DNA of 64,000 bases from Candidatus Poribacteria bacterium. Lineage in GTDB: Bacteria > Poribacteria > WGA-4E > PCPOR2b. Below the pieces are notes generated by a model. The model did no database searches. It saw only the letters and a list, made by a program, of their open reading frames with translations, and had not been told where the DNA came from. The position numbers were made by a program, and so were the translations under genes. The stretch lies in assembly GCA_965215015.1 (NCBI GenBank), contig OZ244042.1, positions 4,288,001 to 4,352,000 on the forward strand, given 5' to 3'. Below, in pieces: positions 1 to 10,283 of the stretch (position 1 is its first letter; each line of letters begins with the position of its first letter).

Positions 1-1
1 A

Positions 2-160
2 AAACGGGTTTGGGAAGACCGATGGGTCAATATTCGGAAGTCTGGCACAGAACCAGTTATTCGTGTTTTTAGCGAAGCACAGACCTCTGAAGAGGCGCAA
101 GATCTTTGCGATTCAACGCTTGACACGCTAAAATCTTTGATAGAGCAGGTCTCCAACTAG
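2..160 (+). CDS. C-terminal end of an alpha-D-phosphohexomutase (GlmM/PMM/PGM family), 5'-truncated by the window
   Basis: Frame 2 translates to WVNIRKSGTEPVIRVFSEA...*, the domain-4 phosphate-binding motif. It lies upstream of yvcK and glmS. Confidence 0.85.
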   Translation, partial: KRVWEDRWVNIRKSGTEPVIRVFSEAQTSEEAQDLCDSTLDTLKSLIEQVSN

Positions 161-197
161 AGTGTATAGATAGCTAGTGACACCCAATACCACTGCC

Positions 198-298
198 GTA
201 GGTCGGGCATCTTGCCCGACTCTACTGCCCGGTTTAATGCCGGCAGGAAGCCTGTAGGTCGAGATTCATATCTCGACACCCAAATGTCAACAGAACCT
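198..298. repeat. Two GTAG-anchored REP-like hairpins followed by a family-C element end
   Basis: GTAGGTCGGGCATCTTGCCCGAC (198-220), GTAGGTCGAGATTCATATCTCGAC (254-277) and CAAATGTCAACAGAACCT (281-298). Copies occur at 11651, 3946, 35920, 14232 and 36114. Confidence 0.8.
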
Positions 299-433
299 AA
301 CTGCCAAATCCCCTTTCTTGATTGTAAGGAGTTCCACGCACCACGATTTTTCTTGAAACGCAAATGTACCCCCAGCGTCAATTTTAATAGATTCCTGTGT
401 TGGCTCATGTTAAGAAAGCGTCCGTGCAACAGA

Positions 434-469
434 AACCGTAGGAAACAACGATTGTTGTTCCTTACGGTT
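434..469. repeat. GTAG-containing imperfect palindrome (REP-like)
   Basis: AACCGTAGGAAACAACGATTGTTGTTCCTTACGGTT. Confidence 0.65.
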
Positions 470-515
470 GTCTTTTTTGATTTTCGTAGATTAGGCTTTC
501 TAGCCCAATAGCACC

Positions 516-576
516 AATGAACAAATAGTTTTCACGTTTCACGCTTTTTGCGTTTTGTACTTTCTTCTGACATGAG
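516..576 (+). repeat. Dispersed ~60-bp repeat (family D)
   Basis: AATGAAC..TTTTCACGTTTCACGC..ACTTTCTTCTGACATGAG, also at 1902-1962 and 46637-46697 (-). Confidence 0.75.
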
Positions 577-600
577 CCCCTGTATTTATGGAGGTTTGTC

Positions 601-1854
601 ATGCTAGATGCACTAAAACTTGTCTGTATAGGTGGCGGTACAGGCTTATCTTCCCTATTAAGCGGAATTAGACAACACACAAGCAACAGACGCGCTGGTT
701 CCGAAATTATTGATATGGATAATCTGGCAGCGATTGTTTCTGTGTCTGATGACGGCGGCAGCTCTGGGCGATTGGTTGAAGAGTTCGATGTGATTCCACC
801 GGGTGACATTCGTAAGCTACTGGTCGCCCTATCCAATGACGACGAGTTGTTAGCCAAACTGTTTGAATATCGCTTTTCAAGTGACGGCGATCTTGGAGGA
901 CATACAGTTGGAAATCTCCTCCTTATTGCGCTCACTGAGTTAAATAACGGTAGCTTCCCAAAAGCCATCCAAGAAGCGTCTACATTGCTCTCCACGCGAG
1001 GCAGGATTATACCGGTCAGCCTCGATGGAACTATACTGTGCGCTGAACTGGTTGATGGTGATGTTGTGTCCGGTGAGTCTAATATCCCGGGACGAGCCAA
1101 CGGAAAACCGATTGAGCGTATCTTTCTGAAACCGCGTGATAACGGCAAACAGCATCACGAACCTTATGAATGTGCTGCACACACGGAGGCTGTGGACACT
1201 ATCGCCAATGCAGATGTCATCATCATCGGTCCCGGAAGTTTATACACCAGCATTATGCCTAACCTTGTGATTAAGGAAATCGCCGAAACAATCCAAGCTT
1301 CGGATGCAATGAAAATCTATATCTGCAACGTGATGTCACAACCCGGCGAAACAGATGGATACTCTGTTACCGACCATGTCGAAGCCATTCTGGCTCACAC
1401 CCCCGGAATATCGTTAGATTATGTTGTCCTTAATAATCAGCCAGCACCGGAAAAAATTATCGAAAGATATAGACAGAAAGAACTTTCAGGTTTATTTGCA
1501 CAAATTAAGATGTACACGGAAGAAATGCTCTCCATACTTGAAACGAAACAGGTCGAAGATTTTGCCGGAGGGCAAACAATGGATTCCGTGTTACATTTCA
1601 CGGAGAATATCTCTCAGCTCACCAACGAGACGAAGCAGATGGCAGGACCAGCGAATGTACAAATCTTCTATAATCCGGCACGCGATAATCTCGGCGATAT
1701 GCGGATTGTAGAAGCGGAGCTCATACGCGATACCACTGAGGTCATTGACAGTGGTGGCCCACAAACCGTGATCCGCCACCATCCCGAAAAACTTGCACAA
1801 ACACTGGTCAAGGTACTGAGCGAACATCCAAAGTTACACGAATCCATTTCATAG
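601..1854 (+). CDS. yvcK: YvcK/GlmR (CofD/UPF0052) UDP-GlcNAc-binding protein
   Basis: IGGGTGL, SDDGGSSG, PPGDIR, GH.VGNL, GPGSLYTSIMPNL and RHHPEKLA motifs. Confidence 0.9.
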   Translation: MLDALKLVCIGGGTGLSSLLSGIRQHTSNRRAGSEIIDMDNLAAIVSVSDDGGSSGRLVEEFDVIPPGDIRKLLVALSNDDELLAKLFEYRFSSDGDLGGHTVGNLLLIALTELNNGSFPKAIQEASTLLSTRGRIIPVSLDGTILCAELVDGDVVSGESNIPGRANGKPIERIFLKPRDNGKQHHEPYECAAHTEAVDTIANADVIIIGPGSLYTSIMPNLVIKEIAETIQASDAMKIYICNVMSQPGETDGYSVTDHVEAILAHTPGISLDYVVLNNQPAPEKIIERYRQKELSGLFAQIKMYTEEMLSILETKQVEDFAGGQTMDSVLHFTENISQLTNETKQMAGPANVQIFYNPARDNLGDMRIVEAELIRDTTEVIDSGGPQTVIRHHPEKLAQTLVKVLSEHPKLHESIS

Positions 1855-1901
1855 CGAAGGCACCCGTTTCTACCTCTACGCCATTAATGAACTAATCAAC
1901 T

Positions 1902-1962
1902 AATGAACTTATGTTTTTCACGTTTCACGCCCTTATCATTTAGCACTTGCTTTTGACATGAG
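1902..1962 (+). repeat. Dispersed ~60-bp repeat (family D)
   Basis: Aligns with 516-576. Confidence 0.75.
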
Positions 1963-1997
1963 TCAACCTGAATAAAGGAATTGAGAAAGGACAAACC

Positions 1998-3821
1998 ATG
2001 TGTGGGATTGTCGGATACATCGGAGATAAATACGCTGACTCTGTTTTGTGGACAGGATTGGAACGACTTCAGTACCGGGGATATGATTCAGCGGGTATGG
2101 CTGTCATCAGTGATGGTGAGTTAGATCTACGGAAGCGGTCGGGAAAACTGCGTGAACTAGACGAAAGCCTCCGTCAGAATCCGATGCGGGGTACAATTGG
2201 TATCGGGCATACTCGATGGGCGACACACGGGGAGCCGAACGAACGCAATGCCCATCCGCATACCGACGAGGGCAAAATCTTGGCGGTTGTACATAATGGA
2301 ATCATTGAAAACTATCTCCCACTCAAACGGGAGCTGCAAGGGCGAGGACACCTCTTTGAATCGGATACCGATACAGAAGTGCTGGCACACCTTGTTGAGG
2401 AAGCGACGGTGGAAGATTTCATCGATGCTGTTTGCAACGCACTACAGCGGGTGGACGGAACATTTTCAGCCGCTTTTATTCACCAACATTTTCCAGATTA
2501 CATTGTGGTTGCACGACGCGGCAGCCCGCTTATCTTGGGACTCGGAGAGGGAGAGAACTTCGTCGCCTCGGATGTGCCAGCGTTGCTGCCACACACCCAA
2601 CGGATGGTCTATCTTGAAGATGATGAGGTCGCGGTACTTACGCGGGAACAGGTCAAAGTTCAAACTATGGAGGGGCAGCAAGTTGAACCTCGCATCCATC
2701 AGCTTGGCTTGAGTCCTGACGTTGCTGATAAAGGCGATCATCGACACTTTATGCTCAAGGAGATTCGGGAGCAGCCAAATGTCTTACGACGCTTATACAA
2801 TATCTATGTCACCGATGAGATGGAGATTCATTTCGGGGAATTGGGATTGAACGATGAGTTTCTCGCCCGAGTGAATCGGATCGTTATCCAAGCGTGCGGC
2901 ACATCGTGGCACGCCGGGTTGATCGGTAAGTACCTGCTGGAACAGTATGCTTACATCCACACCGAAGTGGACATCTCCTCAGAATTTCGTTACCGTAACC
3001 CCGTTTTGGAGGGAGATACACTAGTCATCGCTATTTCCCAATCCGGTGAGACAGCTGATACGCTTGAGGGATTGCGTAAGGCAAAAAGCAAATTCATGCG
3101 CGTGTTAGCCTTATGCAACGAGATAAACAGCACCATTGCGCGGGAGGCAGATGCGGTCATCGAACTTCACGCCGGACTAGAGATTGGGGTCGCTTCTACT
3201 AAGGCCTACACCGCACAGATTGCAGTGCTTGGGCTACTTGCGACGTACCTCGGCAAGCTAAAGGGGATATTAACCTCGAAAGATATTCAGGAATTTCTCC
3301 AGAACCTTAAAAAGGCACCGGCCCTGATGGAGCGAGCCATCGAGTTGGAACAACTTTCTGCTTGTGCGGAGAAATATAGCGAGGTCGGGGCATTCATGTT
3401 TATTGGGCGAAGCTACAATTATCCCAACGCTTTGGAAGGGGCACTCAAACTTAAGGAAATCTCATACATCCATGCAGTAGGACATCCAGCGGGTGAATTA
3501 AAACACGGTCCCATCGCTCTGATTAACGAAGATGTGCCGGTCGTGTGCATCGCCACCAATAGCAGCATCTACCCTAAAATTGTGAGCACTATCCAAGAAA
3601 TTCGCGCCCGCGACGGAATTGTCATCGCTATTGCAACTGAGGGAAATATAGAAATCCAAGAGTATGCCCAAGAGGTGCTCTACATCCCAGATATTGCAGA
3701 GGAGCTTTCCCCATTACTTGTTGTCATCCCGCTCCAACTACTCGCCTACTACACCGCTGTACATCGAGGCTGCGATGTAGACCAACCTCGAAACCTCGCA
3801 AAAAGCGTCACCGTTGAGTAA
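1998..3821 (+). CDS. glmS: Glutamine--fructose-6-phosphate aminotransferase
   Basis: MCGIVG N-terminus, GHTRWATHG, SQSGET and PRNLAKSVTVE C-terminus. Confidence 0.98.
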   Translation: MCGIVGYIGDKYADSVLWTGLERLQYRGYDSAGMAVISDGELDLRKRSGKLRELDESLRQNPMRGTIGIGHTRWATHGEPNERNAHPHTDEGKILAVVHNGIIENYLPLKRELQGRGHLFESDTDTEVLAHLVEEATVEDFIDAVCNALQRVDGTFSAAFIHQHFPDYIVVARRGSPLILGLGEGENFVASDVPALLPHTQRMVYLEDDEVAVLTREQVKVQTMEGQQVEPRIHQLGLSPDVADKGDHRHFMLKEIREQPNVLRRLYNIYVTDEMEIHFGELGLNDEFLARVNRIVIQACGTSWHAGLIGKYLLEQYAYIHTEVDISSEFRYRNPVLEGDTLVIAISQSGETADTLEGLRKAKSKFMRVLALCNEINSTIAREADAVIELHAGLEIGVASTKAYTAQIAVLGLLATYLGKLKGILTSKDIQEFLQNLKKAPALMERAIELEQLSACAEKYSEVGAFMFIGRSYNYPNALEGALKLKEISYIHAVGHPAGELKHGPIALINEDVPVVCIATNSSIYPKIVSTIQEIRARDGIVIAIATEGNIEIQEYAQEVLYIPDIAEELSPLLVVIPLQLLAYYTAVHRGCDVDQPRNLAKSVTVE

Positions 3822-3822
3822 T

Positions 3823-3968
3823 GTAGGTTGGGTTGAACGGTTAAAAGCAGATTTCTATCAAGCACAATAGACATCTACCTATCAACAACACCCGCTGAGA
3901 GATAGATAGGGTGAAACCCAACTGTAAAAGGACTCCAGTATTTTTTCGAGCTATGAATCTCGACCTAC
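3823..3968. repeat. 100-bp GTAGGTTGGGTTGA...GAAACCCAAC module plus an inverted REP-like hairpin
   Basis: 3823-3922 is the reverse complement of 36007-36105 (diverged). 3946-3968 is the reverse complement of the 254-277 hairpin. Confidence 0.8.
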
Positions 3969-4035
3969 GGGTTGAGACCCATACCCGTGAATTACGTATG
4001 CTCACCCGACCTCGCGACAATCCGCTGGGACCGCT

Positions 4036-4434
4036 TTAGCGAAGGGCGTTCCACGGTGCTTCGTCGGCGACATCGACTAATTGATAGCCTTCATCACTGA
4101 CACACGGTCCCAAAATCGCAAGCAGCTTCGCAGGAGCGGAGGAGGTGTTGAACGAAGCGTGTACCACGTCAGCAGGTATAAACACCGAGTCGCCTGAGTT
4201 TAGCATCTGTTTTTCGTCCCGCAGCCACTGCTCTACTGTCCCTTCAATGACGTAAATCACCTCTTCCTGTTCCGGATGCTTGTGAAAGTTGTGTCCACCA
4301 CCGGGCGATAAGCTCACTTCGATGACCACCAAATCCTTCGCGTCTGTTGTTTCGGGACGACTCAACCACGCCAAAGCCCCCCAATCCAGTTGTTCGCGAT
4401 CTGCTTCCGCTGCAGGAATAAATTTTCCACTCAT
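4036..4434 (-). CDS. Cupin domain protein
   Basis: HNFHKHPEQEEVIYVIEG and GDSVFIPADVVH cupin motifs. Confidence 0.9.
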   Translation of the reverse strand: MSGKFIPAAEADREQLDWGALAWLSRPETTDAKDLVVIEVSLSPGGGHNFHKHPEQEEVIYVIEGTVEQWLRDEKQMLNSGDSVFIPADVVHASFNTSSAPAKLLAILGPCVSDEGYQLVDVADEAPWNALR

Positions 4435-4468
4435 AATTAATTTTTCCTTCAGATTATGTTAAAATAAT

Positions 4469-4524
4469 GCGTGATACCTAATGTATAATAAGAGACGCTG
4501 ACTCTTATGTATTACACATTACGT
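4469..4524. repeat. Inverted heptamer (CGTAATG/CGTGATA-type) repeat element (family E)
   Basis: Homologous to 10284-10340, with partial copies at 5403-5422 and 23368-23388. Confidence 0.65.
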
Positions 4525-4596
4525 ATTATTCTACATTATAGCACTCTTACCGTATCCGTGTCTATAGTTTAATTACCAAAAGAAAGGAAGGTCCAC

Positions 4597-5400
4597 ATGA
4601 CCGATAACGAAAAATTTCTATTCGACCTTTGGGGTTACGTCGTGGTTGAGGATGTGCTTACACCGGACGAAGTGGCGTTGGCAAACGAAGCGGTTAACCG
4701 CCACACACATCTCATTGCTAACCGTGATCCAGGGTTATCCCACGGGTCTAACCAGTTGGAAGGGGCTACCGGCCGCGGCGAATTTCATCAAAATCCATTG
4801 ACCTTTGACCGACCGTGGTGCGAGCCGTTTCGACGGATGCTGACCCATCCGCGGGTTGTTGACATCTTCAACGAGATATTGGGACCTGGCTTTCGGCTAG
4901 ACCACGGTCCGGGGCTTATTCAGATGGTCAAGGGAACGGAAGGGCATTGGCTGCACGGTGGGATGACGTTCGATCCAAGCCAATATCACCGATTTGAGCA
5001 TGGGCGGATGCAATGTGGACTCTGTGTCGCTGCGTGGCAGCTGACGGAGGTCCGCGAAGGGGACGGTGGATTTGCATGTGTGCCGGGCAGCCACAAATCG
5101 AATTACCGTCCACCTCAACATGTTCTATCCACAGAGGATGGGATGGGTTGTATCCGACAGGTTGTCGCGGGGCCCGGTTCCGTTGTTATCTTCAACGAAG
5201 CACTAGTGCACGGCACACTCCCTTGGCAGCCCACTGACCGTGAACGTCGCTCGATCCTGTTCAAGTGCTCGCCCGGATTCCTATCGTGGGGTTCACCGCA
5301 CGCTGAATGCCCCATCCCCGATCCAACGCCGGAGGAATTGGCAATTTACGAACCGCCACACCGCACCGGACGCACCACGTTGGGTGAGGATAGTAATTGA
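4597..5400 (+). CDS. Phytanoyl-CoA dioxygenase (PhyH) family protein
   Basis: FDLWGYVVVEDVL start, LHGG, GGFACVPGSHK and HGTLPW...RRS. Confidence 0.85.
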   Translation: MTDNEKFLFDLWGYVVVEDVLTPDEVALANEAVNRHTHLIANRDPGLSHGSNQLEGATGRGEFHQNPLTFDRPWCEPFRRMLTHPRVVDIFNEILGPGFRLDHGPGLIQMVKGTEGHWLHGGMTFDPSQYHRFEHGRMQCGLCVAAWQLTEVREGDGGFACVPGSHKSNYRPPQHVLSTEDGMGCIRQVVAGPGSVVIFNEALVHGTLPWQPTDRERRSILFKCSPGFLSWGSPHAECPIPDPTPEELAIYEPPHRTGRTTLGEDSN

Positions 5401-5452
5401 ATGCGTGATACGTAATGCGTAAACGTTCAGGGATTCATTGGTTTATTAATTC

Positions 5453-5617
5453 TAGGATTTACGCAGTTGAATACTCGAAGCCTTGTAGTTCGGCGATGAA
5501 TCGCCGAACTACACAACTCCCGACGCCCGATGAATTGGGCAACGACAGTAAGAACTCCATTAAGGAGGCTCGTAGGGAACACCGATCGGTGCTCCCTACT
5601 GAAGTGCATAACTCTTA
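5453..5617 (+). mobile_element. Miniature inverted-end element, family A, carrying three hairpin modules
   Basis: Ends TAGGATTTACGCAGTTGA and AAGTGCATAACTCTTA. Cargo includes GTAGTTCGGCGATGAATCGCCGAACTAC and GTAGGGAACACCGATCGGTGCTCCCTAC. Confidence 0.75.
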
Positions 5618-5833
5618 TATCTATTGGGGTCAGATGTTTTTGTTACCTTGAGACTCTGCTTTGTTTTTCGCGAAGTTGTTTTGGTATTCTTCCGCTCTTC
5701 GAGAGTATCTGCGGGATATAGCCGTGAGCTTAGAGTAAGGCACGCCCCATATCAAAGTTAGCACCGAAAAACAGCACTGCAACGAGTACGGCGTCATAGC
5801 TTCGGCGTCGAGCATCTGAGTTTGTGAGGCCGT

Positions 5834-8401
5834 CTAAGTGCTTGGCACACAGATAAGCGCATTGAACAGCAACTTGAACGTTCCATACGTCTGCGCTCGA
5901 TGCTGTGGTCTGAAGCCGAAAAGGACAACCGAACCTTCGCCGTACCCCGCTGAAATCATACCAGCCGTCCCTGCTATCTGGTCTTCACCAACAAGCCATC
6001 CACTCTGTAAAACCTCTCTCTCAGGGTACTGGACGAGAATCTCGCATCTCTCATTAGAAAAAGAGGGTTGGATGCGGAAGGTGGGACCGCTCCAGAAGAA
6101 GATAAGTGCCTCGTGGGGCATACCGTAGGTGAGCCGATGTGTTGTGTCGATATTCGCGTGTAGAGTGGAGCCGGGGCAGAAGAATTCCTTCGCGGACTTA
6201 CCTGCGAGGACGTTTTGCACCGGCAAATCCAACTTCTCGATGGCGAAGTTACAGGCTTGGTTGAGTGTTACCAAAGTGCCGCCGCTTTCGACGAACACTT
6301 TTATCGCTTCGACACCTTCCTCACCGATTCCGCTTCGATACTCCGGTGGGGCAGGGTTTTCTCTAAGTCGATTCTCTACATTGTCGCCGATGATCAGGTC
6401 GGTGGAGTCATCGGGGAGTATGAGAACATCAATACGCTCGTTCAAATTGCCGGCTTTAATTTCTGCATCTCTCAATGTCTGGTACGGGAATCCGAACTGT
6501 TCCAAGACTAACCGCGTCCAACCTTCATCCATGTTACCGCCCCAGTATCGCTGGTACATGCCGATCCGCGCTCGCCGGACTTCACGCTGTTCCGTCTCCA
6601 ACGCCCCTTCAAGCGCGTAGAAGGTAACGCCACAATCATGGGCAATCTCTGTGAGTAGATTTTCAGACTCCGTGGCAGCCACAAACGCGCCCGCCGGAAA
6701 TTCTTCACTCCTCACCGATACCCTCTCGTGAAAACGTGTCACACGAACCCCCTGATCGAACAACCGATTGAGAGCTTTGAAACTGTCGTTGAGTCTACCG
6801 CTAAAAAGATAACCGATCTGTGAGGTGCCGACCACTCCTCCGACAAGGGGTTCGGGCTCCGTAACAGCCTCAAAACTTCCTCCGACATTCCCCTGTACCG
6901 GTACGGTATCAACCCCCATGAACTCCGTCATAGTGTCTGTTGCGGCATCATAGGGACGTTGAGGTGTCCCATCTGGTTGCCGCGTCCAAGCGTCGTCCGG
7001 ATATAGTGTCTGTCCCAGCAGCGTCTTAATGACCCCCATCTTCGGTTGATTGAGAGGGATGCAGTAGGTCCCCGCTGGGTAGTTTGACCCTTTGACGGTA
7101 AAATCTTGGACAGCTTTCTGGATGTCTATCCCCTGAACCAGCAGCTTATTAATTGTTCTTAGGACGGTCTGCGGATCGTGTTGATCCGGGCGGATGAGGT
7201 ATGCGGTAGGTGTGCCGGACGCGCCGAGTGCAGTCTGTCGCTTTGCCTTCAGATACGCATTCCGTAGAATCGTATCCTTATTCCGTGCCGCCATATCAAG
7301 TAGACCCCACGCCGAAATTCTTTGCTGCTCCACGATGTCGCGAACCCTCCACCAACCCCCTTCCCACGGATGGGGAAAGTTGGTCTGAGGTTTATAGTGC
7401 GGAAATGCTCTCAACGTGTTACCGCCCTCGTCTAGCTGTTGTTTCCTGTCATCCTCGCCCTTCAATTGGCTCTTGTGGATGTACATCGGGGTCGCCAACT
7501 TCGCATGTGCTGACTCCGTCAACATGCTGGCAATGTTGTGATAGTTCCCCATCCAGTGGAAACCGAGGTGGCTCCATGCCGGGAACAAGGAAGCATTGAG
7601 GACGCCAGTCTTACCCGCTTCCTCTAACTTATATGCCATGTGCGCCCCGTACCAGCTAATCTCCCGCCACACCAATGGATCGCCGTGCGGATGAAGCGGC
7701 TCTGAATAGGGACACACCCATAGGCGTGCTCCGTAGCAGCCCATCTCGTGATGGTCTTGGTAAGCGTGGGGTTGCCACTCTTTATACATGATCTGCGCCA
7801 TATATTGGGACTCAACCAGGTTAAACATGAAAGCGTCGCGATTGTTGTCATGCCCGGCATACTTGTGATACAACCACGGCGGCGTACTGCCTTCGTATTC
7901 CGTACCGAGGTATTCGTTGTACCAGTCGGTTACCATAATCTGCCCATCCGGGTTAAAGCACGGTACCATCAGCGAGATGACATTATCCAGAATGCGCGTC
8001 GCTTCTTCATCGGTCCGCGTGATCTGATCATAAGCCAACTCCGATACCATCTGCGTACTGCCAATCTCCGTCGCATGCAGCCCCATTGATTGGAGGATAA
8101 TCGCCTTCCCCTCACCTATGAACGAGTTTATGACCCTCTCCGATATCCCGCGTGGATCCTTAATCTGCGCGTTCACCTTGCGAAGATGTGCCAAATTCGC
8201 CAGATTCTCCGGTGAAGAGATAATCACAAGGAGAAACGGGTGTCCCTCTGTGGAGGGGCCCAGATCAATGACTTGAACCTTATCGCTCTGCTCCTCCAAT
8301 AACCGGAAGTAATCGACAATCTGATTCCACCGTGCCATCTTCCGATCGCTTCCAAGCTGGAAACCAAAAAATGCTTCGGGGGACATTATTTGTTGGTTCA
8401 T
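5834..8401 (-). CDS. M14 zinc carboxypeptidase family protein with a C-terminal glutamine-amidotransferase-like domain
   Basis: HATE, NPDG, DNNRD and DHHEM zinc/substrate motifs; DEGWTR and LILP..G in the C-terminal domain. Confidence 0.88.
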   Translation of the reverse strand: MNQQIMSPEAFFGFQLGSDRKMARWNQIVDYFRLLEEQSDKVQVIDLGPSTEGHPFLLVIISSPENLANLAHLRKVNAQIKDPRGISERVINSFIGEGKAIILQSMGLHATEIGSTQMVSELAYDQITRTDEEATRILDNVISLMVPCFNPDGQIMVTDWYNEYLGTEYEGSTPPWLYHKYAGHDNNRDAFMFNLVESQYMAQIMYKEWQPHAYQDHHEMGCYGARLWVCPYSEPLHPHGDPLVWREISWYGAHMAYKLEEAGKTGVLNASLFPAWSHLGFHWMGNYHNIASMLTESAHAKLATPMYIHKSQLKGEDDRKQQLDEGGNTLRAFPHYKPQTNFPHPWEGGWWRVRDIVEQQRISAWGLLDMAARNKDTILRNAYLKAKRQTALGASGTPTAYLIRPDQHDPQTVLRTINKLLVQGIDIQKAVQDFTVKGSNYPAGTYCIPLNQPKMGVIKTLLGQTLYPDDAWTRQPDGTPQRPYDAATDTMTEFMGVDTVPVQGNVGGSFEAVTEPEPLVGGVVGTSQIGYLFSGRLNDSFKALNRLFDQGVRVTRFHERVSVRSEEFPAGAFVAATESENLLTEIAHDCGVTFYALEGALETEQREVRRARIGMYQRYWGGNMDEGWTRLVLEQFGFPYQTLRDAEIKAGNLNERIDVLILPDDSTDLIIGDNVENRLRENPAPPEYRSGIGEEGVEAIKVFVESGGTLVTLNQACNFAIEKLDLPVQNVLAGKSAKEFFCPGSTLHANIDTTHRLTYGMPHEALIFFWSGPTFRIQPSFSNERCEILVQYPEREVLQSGWLVGEDQIAGTAGMISAGYGEGSVVLFGFRPQHRAQTYGTFKLLFNALICVPST

Positions 8402-8511
8402 AGTTATCTCCTGATAAGTAACAGGTTTTCGTGATCTTTATATTCATACCATTGGAACGTGAATCCTTGCGTTTCGAGTTGGTTTTGGCAACGTTTTATA
8501 TCTTCACTAAA

Positions 8512-8987
8512 CTAGAGCTGGGATAGGTCATTTCGCAAGAGCATTCCATAGCCAAGCGATTTATAATCGTAGTAGAATAAAAAACGGTAAGGATTGCTAT
8601 CTATATAAATACAATTCAAGAGAGAAAAGGACAGTCCGTAAGGTTTAAAAACAACCGTCCTTTTGACCAATTTCTTCATAGCTCTCTCAATTGATTTTAA
8701 CAAGGCTTGGCCGATTCCACGACGCTACTGGGAGGAAGAAACAGCTAAACCCGCTGTCCGCCTTCCCTATCATCTTCCGTTGTGCAACTATGGGCAAGCC
8801 CAACTAGCTAATTATGGTCAATTGCCACAAAGGAAGCATTGGAAAGGAAGGCTTTTGAATTGACAAGATGCGATAATCTGTCATTGGAGAACTTTTTCTC
8901 CCAAATTCCTTGCCCCACTTCGATAGCTGAATTCTATAGCGAAACCACATCTGAGATATGACATGTCTCAAATGGTACAGTCCTCAT
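8512..8987 (-). pseudogene. Degraded GNAT acetyltransferase
   Basis: An RBS and ATG at 8987 give MRTVPF..SL*..SFVAIDHN*LVGLAH... After a frameshift, Q*RRGIGQALLKSIE (GNAT motif A) follows. Confidence 0.7.
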
Positions 8988-9062
8988 GTCTGGAAGTCTC
9001 CTTCACACTTTGCTAATAGCGGAAGAATTCCGTGGCTTAAACCGCTTTTCATATCTCACACT

Positions 9063-10232
9063 TTACCCAATCCCTAATTTCTCGTTAATCTCGCTCTGAT
9101 ACCCTTCCAAATCACAATTTTCAATCTCCGCCAACGTCACCGGGCGACCATGCCAACCGGACTCGTAGACCGCCATGCAGATCGCTTCGGATTTCATGCC
9201 CTCAATCCCATCAACCTCCGGCTTACCCCCGGTGGTGATAGCGTCTGCAAAATACTTGAGCTCTATGGCGACGGTGTCCTCAATACCACTTGGGAAGTAG
9301 TATTCGCGTTCATCATCGCTGATGTGCGCCAAAAATTCTTGGAGCAGCGCGTCGTTGTTTATGGTTTCACCACCACGAGGCGTGAGTCCCACCTCGAAGT
9401 CCAAACTACCTTCGCTACCATAAAGGGTTCTGCGACTGATGCCGTTCCCCGGTCCCGAACCGACCCATGTCCACTGCGCGGAGATACCTCTCTCAAATTT
9501 AATTGCGGAGATCATCGCATCCTCAACGTCAACATCGTAGCCGCCCTGCCGCGTTGCTGGGTCGTCATAACGGTAGGGTTCGTAAGCCTTATTGATCGCG
9601 TAAACCTCGACCGCCTCCGCGTCCAAAATAAAGCGCATGAGATCCGTAAAATGGACGCCACCATCAAGCACCCAACCGCCGCCGGCGTCCATCTTGAAAT
9701 TACGCCAACTCCATTTTCCCAAACCCTCGCCGACCTCTACCCAGAAAAACATCCGTGGATCACCAATCCGTCCTTGACGCACCGCCCATCGCCGCGCCCG
9801 CTGCACCCGGTCCAAACGATAATTTTCTGCGACAGACAGGATACGCCCGTTCTGATTCGCAGCGTCAAGGATGAGTTTACAGGCACGCATCGTGATACCG
9901 AGCGGCTTCTCGATGATGACGTGCATTCCCGCTTCCAACGCGATAACAGCAAGGGTGTGGTGGGCACTGTGGAGGGCACAGATGTCCACACAATTGAGGT
10001 CTGAATGCTTAGCGAGCATCTCTTCAACCTCCGTATAAACCGCCGGTTTTGTCCCTCCTTGAAATCCGTGTGCTTGGGTTGCCCGTTCTTCAGCACGGTT
10101 GGCATCAATGTCGCAGGCAGCGACAATGTCAAAGGATTTAATCTCGTTTAACCATAGCTCTTGATAGCCCCGCATGTGGGCACCGGACATACCTCCACAA
10201 CCAATTAATCCCATTTTGAGTCGATTTGGCAT
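9063..10232 (-). CDS. Gfo/Idh/MocA family oxidoreductase
   Basis: GLIGCGG, EKP and GGGWVLDGGVHFTD. Confidence 0.93.
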   Translation of the reverse strand: MPNRLKMGLIGCGGMSGAHMRGYQELWLNEIKSFDIVAACDIDANRAEERATQAHGFQGGTKPAVYTEVEEMLAKHSDLNCVDICALHSAHHTLAVIALEAGMHVIIEKPLGITMRACKLILDAANQNGRILSVAENYRLDRVQRARRWAVRQGRIGDPRMFFWVEVGEGLGKWSWRNFKMDAGGGWVLDGGVHFTDLMRFILDAEAVEVYAINKAYEPYRYDDPATRQGGYDVDVEDAMISAIKFERGISAQWTWVGSGPGNGISRRTLYGSEGSLDFEVGLTPRGGETINNDALLQEFLAHISDDEREYYFPSGIEDTVAIELKYFADAITTGGKPEVDGIEGMKSEAICMAVYESGWHGRPVTLAEIENCDLEGYQSEINEKLGIG

Positions 10233-10283
10233 GATTTATCCTTTATTCATTTGGGAGTAAGTCGTTACTGGATTTGAAATGAT

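Noticed and set aside
1855-1997. glmS ribozyme upstream of glmS
   Set aside because: No AGCGCC/ACGAGG core; the region is occupied by the family-D repeat.
5625-5830. Small ORFs between the element and the M14 peptidase
   Set aside because: No RBS or recognisable similarity.
9150-10004. Long antisense ORFs (also 462-1148, 31803-32399, 46114-46674, 47272-47820 and others)
   Set aside because: Shadow frames of well-supported genes with no recognisable motifs.
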